A stretch of DNA of 64,000 nt, from positions 21,423 through 85,422 of the IMG/VR virus record IMGVR_UViG_3300018068_000002. One strand, 5' to 3'. Position numbers and translations under genes: made by a program. The DNA comes from a virus. Taxonomy: Duplodnaviria > Caudoviricetes. Position 1 is the stretch's first letter. Each line of letters opens with the position of its first letter. Positions 58,318-64,000 of this stretch are shown here, piece by piece. The notes under the pieces are model-generated. The model did no database searches, was not told the DNA's origin, and worked only from the letters and a program-made list of their open reading frames with translations.

Positions 58318-59841
58318 ATGTTTATAACAGAATTAAAGAAAGAAGTAGCTCGCTCAACTGTACAACTCACTGAAAATGGTGCTTTAGGATTTTCACAAAC
58401 TGGTAAAGCTCTTTTAGATATGAATTTCAGAGTTTCAAGCTATCGTAATTTAGATGAAGATAAAATCTTCTCTGATTTTATGAAAGCATTTAATGAAAAT
58501 GAAATTATGACTATGCGTTGGCTTTTTTATGTCCGCGATATTCGTGGAGGTCTTGGTGAACGCAGACTTTTTAGAGTAATTACTGAAAAGATGACTTTAG
58601 AAAATTCAGAAATGATGGAAAAAGTCCTTGGACTCATTAGTGAATTTGGACGTTGGGATGATGTTCTTGTTTTCATGGGAACTCCTATTGAAAACAAAGT
58701 TAAAATTTTAATTGCAAAACAATTAAAAGAAGATATTGAGAATATGAAAAAGGGGGAATCTATTTCTTTGCTTGCAAAGTGGATGCCTTCTATTAACGGT
58801 TCTAATAAAGAACGTAAAATTACAGCAACAAAACTTGCTAAATCATTTGGAATGGATCAAAGAACTTATCGTAAGACTCTTTCAGAGTTGCGCGCTTACC
58901 TTGATATTGTAGAACGTAAAATGACTACAAAAAGATGGGGAGACATTGAATATAGTGGAGTTCCTTCTCGCGCGAACTTGCTTTATAATAAAGCATTTTT
59001 ACGTAATGATGAAGAACGTCGTCGTGAATTTTTAGGAAAAGTTGAAAAAGGAGAGAAAGAAATTCACTCTGCAACTAACTTTCCTCATGATATTGTGCAT
59101 AAGTATATGAGCTATAAAGCAAAAGATCAAACTCTTGAAGAATTGTGGAAAGCTCTACCTAACTATGGTGAAGATATGGTTAATACCCTTGTCGTTGCTG
59201 ATGGTTCAGGTTCAATGACTTGTACAACAGTAGGAAATACTAAGATTCTACCATTGTCAGTTGCTAATGCTTTAGCAATTTATTTTGCAGAACATTGTGT
59301 AGGTGGATTCAACAATACCTATATTACATTTAGTGAAACTCCTCAAATTGTTTCTTTGGGAAAAGGAACTCTTTATAGTAAACTTAAAATTGCACAAAGC
59401 CATAATGAAGTAGCTAATACTAATATTGAAGCTGTGTTTAATCTTATTCTAAGTACTGCAAAAAGTGCGGGAATGAAGCAGGAAGAACTTCCTGCTACAA
59501 TTCTCATTATTTCAGATATGGAATTTGATAATTGTACTAATTCAACAGGATATTATGGAAGCAGAACTGGATTCAAAACTCCTAATAAAACTCTTTTTGC
59601 AGAACTCGCAAACCGTTATGCAAATGCTGAATATAAACTTCCAAAACTAGCTTTTTGGAATATTATGTCTCGTACAATGACTATTCCTGTAATTGAAAAT
59701 GAAGCAGGAGTAACTCTAATTTCAGGTTTTAGCCCTACTTCAATTAATATGGTTCTTGCAGGAGAAGCAGATCCCTATAAAGCACTTGAAAAAGTACTTA
59801 TGAATGAACGTTATGATGTAGTTGAAGAAGCTATTTCTTGA
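58318..59841 (+). CDS. DUF2828 family protein (Ro60/TROVE-like helical domain + vWA)
   Basis: TENGA, RDIRGGLGERRLFR, GRWDD, LLAKWMPS, VADGSGSM, ISDMEFD. Confidence 0.85.
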   Translation: MFITELKKEVARSTVQLTENGALGFSQTGKALLDMNFRVSSYRNLDEDKIFSDFMKAFNENEIMTMRWLFYVRDIRGGLGERRLFRVITEKMTLENSEMMEKVLGLISEFGRWDDVLVFMGTPIENKVKILIAKQLKEDIENMKKGESISLLAKWMPSINGSNKERKITATKLAKSFGMDQRTYRKTLSELRAYLDIVERKMTTKRWGDIEYSGVPSRANLLYNKAFLRNDEERRREFLGKVEKGEKEIHSATNFPHDIVHKYMSYKAKDQTLEELWKALPNYGEDMVNTLVVADGSGSMTCTTVGNTKILPLSVANALAIYFAEHCVGGFNNTYITFSETPQIVSLGKGTLYSKLKIAQSHNEVANTNIEAVFNLILSTAKSAGMKQEELPATILIISDMEFDNCTNSTGYYGSRTGFKTPNKTLFAELANRYANAEYKLPKLAFWNIMSRTMTIPVIENEAGVTLISGFSPTSINMVLAGEADPYKALEKVLMNERYDVVEEAIS

Positions 59842-59907
59842 CAAATTTCAATTAATATAATATAATTATATTATAAGGTTGGGAGAAGAACCTCCCAACC
59901 ACTATAT

Positions 59908-59983
59908 ACAGGGCGAAGTATAATGATTTTGTATGCAACACTTGGGCTGTTGTGGAGCGGTTTGATTCCGACGCCTTGTACCA
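59908..59983 (+). tRNA. tRNA-Pro(TGG), weak T stem
   Basis: CAACA-CTTGGGC-TGTTG, T loop TTTGATT, CCA. Confidence 0.8.
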
Positions 59984-59991
59984 GGAGAATT

Positions 59992-60354
59992 ATGAAATGT
60001 TTTTATTGTGAGTCTGAATTTGAAATTAAAAAAACTCAAGGCGGGCAAAATAGACAATTTTGTTATTTTTGTTTACCAGAAAATTCAGATAAAGAAGAAA
60101 GAGAAAAATTAAAAACAAAATTATTATATCAAAAAGCAAATAAAATAAAATTTGAAAGAGGTTGTGATATTTGTGGATACAATAAATGTGCATCTGCTTT
60201 AGAATGGCATCATGAAGGGAATGATAAAGAAAATAATCCTGCAAATTTTATGAGAAAAGGAACTATAAAACAATATCAAGAATATGAAAAAGAAATAAAA
60301 AAATGTATTCTATTATGTGCTAATTGTCATAGAGAAATTCATTCAAAAGAATAA
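59992..60354 (+). CDS. HNH endonuclease
   Basis: ATG after GGAG right after tRNA-Pro; CDICG...ALEWHH...LLCANCHREIH. Confidence 0.85.
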   Translation: MKCFYCESEFEIKKTQGGQNRQFCYFCLPENSDKEEREKLKTKLLYQKANKIKFERGCDICGYNKCASALEWHHEGNDKENNPANFMRKGTIKQYQEYEKEIKKCILLCANCHREIHSKE

Positions 60355-60402
60355 TCAATCATATAAAATTCTGTCATTCCGACCAATGAAAAGGAGAAAG
60401 TT

Positions 60403-60618
60403 ATGTCAAAAAAATACATTGTATCAGAACAAAGACTTCGAGACTTAATTGAAGCAGAAGAAAAACTTTGCGCACTTAATGCAGGTGGAGTAGATAATTG
60501 GTCATGGTATGGAGAATCTATGCGTGATTATGTAATAGCGCAAGGACTTGAAGATTCAGATGATCCATTTGAAGAAATAGTTGATAAGGAAATTCTTAAT
60601 TATCAGGAAAAATACTAA
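60403..60618 (+). CDS. small conserved phage protein
   Basis: LCALNAGGVDNWSWY. Confidence 0.75.
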   Translation: MSKKYIVSEQRLRDLIEAEEKLCALNAGGVDNWSWYGESMRDYVIAQGLEDSDDPFEEIVDKEILNYQEKY

Positions 60619-60621
60619 TTT

Positions 60622-60890
60622 GCCGACGAGGGGAAATAGTCGTTAAATAATTCTCAGCTCGGTGGCTAAACCGCTAATTTCTTCTTCGAGAGTTCGAGTC
60701 TCTTCACTTGTCAGTGCTGACTGGAAGGTTGAAGTATTAGTGTAGAACAAGTTTCCCCCTACTAATTTATGTCGTATAAATGGAAGTAGGCAGTACAAAG
60801 CGAGAATTAACGACATAGCTGAGTACACGTTGCGAACGGGAATGCGCGACAACTAATATATTGGAAGTTGGCTGGCCTGCCTTTTCCTTA
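60622..60890 (+). ncRNA. unnamed pseudoknotted RNA candidate
   Basis: GGGGAAA/TTTCCCC, GTCGTTAA..TAATTCTC/GAGAATTAACGAC, AGGCAG/CTGCCT, T-loop-like GAGAG-TTCGAGT-CTCT. Confidence 0.55.
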
Positions 60891-61000
60891 TTATAAAAAA
60901 TACCACTGTTATGTAATTTATAGGGAAGTTTTCTACATAAAAGTAGAGACCACCTAAAAATTATATTATGGTGGTATTTTGTATATGGAGGATGGTAATT

Positions 61001-61150
61001 ATGCCTTATAAAAGCGAAAAACAACGTAAGTTCTTCCATTCAAAAGGTGCAGCAAAAGCTGGTATTACAAAAAAAGATATTAAAAAATGGGACAAAGAAT
61101 CAAAAGGTCGTAAAATTCCAAATAAAGTAAAACGCAAAAAGGGGAAATAA
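61001..61150 (+). CDS. small Lys-rich basic protein (49 aa)
   Basis: ATG after GGAGG; MPYKSEKQRKFFH. Confidence 0.7.
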   Translation: MPYKSEKQRKFFHSKGAAKAGITKKDIKKWDKESKGRKIPNKVKRKKGK

Positions 61151-61152
61151 AA

Positions 61153-61251
61153 ATGGCAAAAGACAAAGATAAGGGAAAGAAAGAAGAAAAGAAACAACCA
61201 AAAGACAATAAGAAAGCTGCTCCAAAGAAGGGTGGAAAGGGAAGTAAGTAA
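61153..61251 (+). CDS. Lys-rich micro-protein (32 aa)
   Basis: MAKDKDKGKKEEKKQPKDNKKAAPKKGGKGSK, read manually. Confidence 0.55.
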   Translation: MAKDKDKGKKEEKKQPKDNKKAAPKKGGKGSK

Positions 61252-61372
61252 TATGACTTGCGCGACCGGTGGCGGAAAAAGAAAGGTAAAGGTAAAAAAA
61301 AAGGTTAATTCAAGAGGGAGATAGTCTCCCTCTTGACTTATTATCGAAACTATGATATAATATTAATATGAG

Positions 61373-61675
61373 GTGGGATATGTGGAACACGTAGATACAA
61401 TCTTAGATTTTTTAGATGAATATGGATATAATATGAGTTATGCAAATGATGGTGAAAAATCTTTTGCTAATGAAGCTTACGAGGTAATGAGAGAAAAAGC
61501 AAAATCTCAAAATGCTTTTATGTATTTTAATGGGAATCTACACAATTGGGAAAAATTTCTTTTTAGAAGAAATAATATTTTGTACTCTTGGTCTTGCGTT
61601 TATGCTCCTCGTCCATACTATATTTTTGAAATAGTTGGAGAAACTATTTATAAAGTATTTAATTATGAGGGATGA
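61373..61675 (+). CDS. hypothetical protein
   Basis: Own promoter; start uncertain. Confidence 0.5.
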   Translation: MGYVEHVDTILDFLDEYGYNMSYANDGEKSFANEAYEVMREKAKSQNAFMYFNGNLHNWEKFLFRRNNILYSWSCVYAPRPYYIFEIVGETIYKVFNYEG

Positions 61676-61752
61676 TTTAATCTAGGGGACTCCTGGAACC
61701 TCTCTGCAAAAGAGGCAATTAGAAGTTTGACTCTTCCATCTCTCTCCAATAC

Positions 61753-61836
61753 GCCGGACGAATCTTAAACTTGGGAGGCCTAGGGCAAAGCTCCAAACTT
61801 TGTGATAAAGGAGATCGTTACTTCCGTTCGGTGCCA
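61753..61836 (+). tRNA. tRNA-Trp(CCA)-like with an enlarged D region
   Basis: GCCGGAC/GTTCGGT, CAAAG-CTCCAAA-CTTTG, T loop ATCGTTA, GCCA end. Confidence 0.6.
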
Positions 61837-61853
61837 AAAGAAAGGGGGATTAT

Positions 61854-62138
61854 ATGAATAAATTAAAGTATATTCGAGCAAAAGAAATTGAAGAATTAAT
61901 TAATGATTTGGAAAAAGAAATTGACGGTTTAAAAAAACACGCTTTATTCTCTGTTGATTGCGATAGAATTACTATTTTTATGAAAAAAACATTTTTAGAC
62001 GATTACGGTAATTATAATAAAACAGAAGTAATAGAAACAGAATTAGACTCAGGAATACTTTATAATTATTATAGAGAAGCAATTGGGGCTAAAGAAAAGA
62101 AAATTAAAACTCTTGAAGAGGAGTTTGATAATCTATGA
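61854..62138 (+). CDS. hypothetical protein
   Basis: 94 aa with RBS. Confidence 0.6.
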   Translation: MNKLKYIRAKEIEELINDLEKEIDGLKKHALFSVDCDRITIFMKKTFLDDYGNYNKTEVIETELDSGILYNYYREAIGAKEKKIKTLEEEFDNL

Positions 62139-62326
62139 CAAATTCTATGAAACACAAAATTAATAATATGACTTATGAAGAAATGCTATATCTTTGGCGT
62201 TTCTCTCCATCTGGATATGAGTTCTTCCAAGGAGAAATTGGAGAATATTTTTCAAAAGTAATGGCTGAAAAAAAGAAATTAGTTGATCATGCTCAAATTT
62301 CAAAAATAATTGGTTGGAAAGAATAG
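62135..62326 (+). CDS. small conserved phage protein
   Basis: MTYEEMLYLWRFSPSG..FFQGEIGEYF. Confidence 0.7.
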   Translation: MTNSMKHKINNMTYEEMLYLWRFSPSGYEFFQGEIGEYFSKVMAEKKKLVDHAQISKIIGWKE

Positions 62327-62381
62327 TTGACTTCAGTTAAAAATTATGTTATAATTATATTATAGAAAGTGAGAAAAATAA

Positions 62382-62651
62382 ATGATGAAAGAAAGACGCA
62401 AACACTATGTCATTCCCTACATTATTATTGATGGCACTCCACAAATCTATGATGTAATGGCATTTAATAATTTAGATGCAATTCAAAAATTAGCATTTGA
62501 TTTTCTTGTAAATGATGATGAAGGTTTTGATTTCGATACTCTCGAAAATAAAATTTATTGTTGTAATTTGAATGATATATATGAAATACTTCAAGATCGT
62601 GAAATTTATGTTGGAGAACCATATCAAATTATAGTTGGAGGATTAGAATGA
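62382..62651 (+). CDS. acidic hypothetical protein
   Basis: 89 aa with own promoter. Confidence 0.6.
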   Translation: MMKERRKHYVIPYIIIDGTPQIYDVMAFNNLDAIQKLAFDFLVNDDEGFDFDTLENKIYCCNLNDIYEILQDREIYVGEPYQIIVGGLE

Positions 62652-62899
62652 AAAGTGATTTTAAAGATAAAATTTATACTTTCACAGTTGAAAATGATGA
62701 TGGTTCAAATAAAATTGAAATCATTCGTACTTCTAATTGGGAGGGTTTAAAACCTTGGCAACAACTTAATATGTTTAAAATACTTCTTCTTCAACAATCT
62801 TGGAGTGAAGATTTAGTTAAACGAATTAGAGAACTTGATAATGATGAACTTGAAATTCTTAAAAAAGAAGATTGTCCTATTCTTGAAGAATATAGATAG
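62648..62899 (+). CDS. hypothetical protein
   Basis: 83 aa coupled ORF. Confidence 0.6.
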   Translation: MKSDFKDKIYTFTVENDDGSNKIEIIRTSNWEGLKPWQQLNMFKILLLQQSWSEDLVKRIRELDNDELEILKKEDCPILEEYR

Positions 62900-62919
62900 G
62901 GTGCTTTGCGCCCTCATAT

Positions 62920-62996
62920 GGGCGTATAGCATAAATGGCAAATGCACCAAACTTTTAATTTGGGTGATTGGAGTTCGAATCTCCATATTCCCACCA
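62920..62996 (+). tRNA. tRNA-Lys(TTT)
   Basis: CCAAA-CTTTTAA-TTTGG, TTCGAAT, CCA. Confidence 0.9.
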
Positions 62997-63474
62997 TCGG
63001 CTTTTATCTGTTTGTGCCGTAAAAACTAAATATTTCTCTTGCGTTGCTATTCAGCGGAAATGCGACTCTTGGGCGGTTAGGATCAAATCGGGTAATCGGC
63101 AGAACAACTGTACGAAACTGTGGAGCAATGAGTGGTCTCCACCCAGAAAGCACCCCTTAGTAATTACCAATTCATTCTTTAATGGAATTGGCGTGTCCAT
63201 ACGTCAGTTGGTGTTAGTAGCCGTAACTACTCGGTGATTGAGCTGTTTTCCTACGTTATTGGAAGGATCAGCAGTTATGTATTATCTATAAATACTTGGG
63301 TATTGTAAGTTTTACCTCAATGTAACTTGACGTTTCTCCTAGACGTAAATATAGAGCGGAGTGCCACTCCCGTAGGTTCGTGCACGAGCCATTGGCAAAG
63401 CAAGCTGATGCTTAATAAGTCGTACCACATTCGCGTTAAGTGGTCGTTTGGCAGAACGTAAAACTGCCTAATAT

Positions 63475-63553
63475 GGGGGATGGGACTGCATGAAGTGGTC
63501 GTTTGTCTTGCACACAAAAATTCAGATCGGTTTGATTCCGATATCCTCCACCA
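63475..63553 (+). tRNA. tRNA-Ala(TGC)
   Basis: G3-U70 pair, TTTGT-CTTGCAC-ACAAA, T loop TTTGATT, CCA. Confidence 0.85.
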
Positions 63554-63634
63554 AAACTCCACAATACTGTGGAGTTTTTTGACTCACTATTATTATCCAC
63601 TACATATTATTTGAGAGAATAATATGGAGGTTTT

Positions 63635-63946
63635 ATGCAAAAACTAACTCAAGAAGAATTTCAACAAAGAGTCAATGAAAATTCAAATGGACTTTATGAA
63701 GTTATATCCGAATATCAAGGAAAAGATAAAAAAGTAAAACTTCATTGTAAAAAGCATAATTGTGATTTTGAAAAAGTTGCTGATGCTGTAATGAGAAGAG
63801 AGGCAACAAGTTGTCCAGAATGTAAGAAAGAAAATTTTAATAAAGATAAAATTGAAAATCTTATTCCTTTATGTGTTATGTGCCATGCTAAAGTAACTAG
63901 AGGGTTAGCAAAAATAGAAAATCGTCAATTAGTTGACATTAATTAA
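63635..63946 (+). pseudogene. probable internally deleted HNH endonuclease
   Basis: N-terminal EEFQQRV...VKLHCKKH...SCPEC joined directly to ENLIPLCVMCHAKV; the HH half of the HNH core is absent. Confidence 0.55.
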
Positions 63947-64000
63947 AAATTATGTTATAATTATATTAGATGAGATGGAGAAACCCTATCTTGTCCACCA

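Noticed and set aside
59923-59991. N-terminal extension of the HNH ORF given in the track
   Set aside because: It runs through tRNA-Pro; the ATG at 59992 has the RBS.
62835-63562. ORFs 62835, 62968 and 63317
   Set aside because: They overlap tRNA genes or structured RNA, with no RBS or motifs.

Overview
Segment of a large, AT-rich tailed phage genome (siphovirus-like). Abundant TTGACA-N17-TATAAT promoters and GGAGG ribosome-binding sites suggest a Bacillota host. (1) 1-29954, minus strand: virion and packaging module (beta-propeller tail-tip proteins, Dit, tape measure protein split into three exons by two group I introns with homing endonucleases, two tail tube paralogs, head-tail proteins, major capsid, protease/scaffold, portal, terminase). 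(2) 30400-39800, plus strand: small putative early genes, each in a repeated regulatory cassette, including a triplicated K/A-tailed protein family. (3) 39960-40290: palindrome-rich AT tract where transcription converges. (4) 40448-50492, mostly minus strand: a five-gene SH3-like/Cys-rich paralog array, small ORFs and two phosphatases. (5) 51000-64000, plus strand: tRNA/ncRNA island with about 12 often atypical tRNAs, a ROOL-like large RNA, several unnamed structured RNAs, an AAA+/vWA pair, free-standing endonucleases and a DUF2828 (Ro60/TROVE-like) gene. Best candidate for a new system: five stem-bulge RNAs with a conserved ACAGCA(A/G) bulge around the Ro60-like gene, one in its leader carrying an anticodon-like loop and one, in permuted form, replacing the anticodon loop of a tRNA. 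All calls are from reading the sequence and recalled family motifs; no searches were run.
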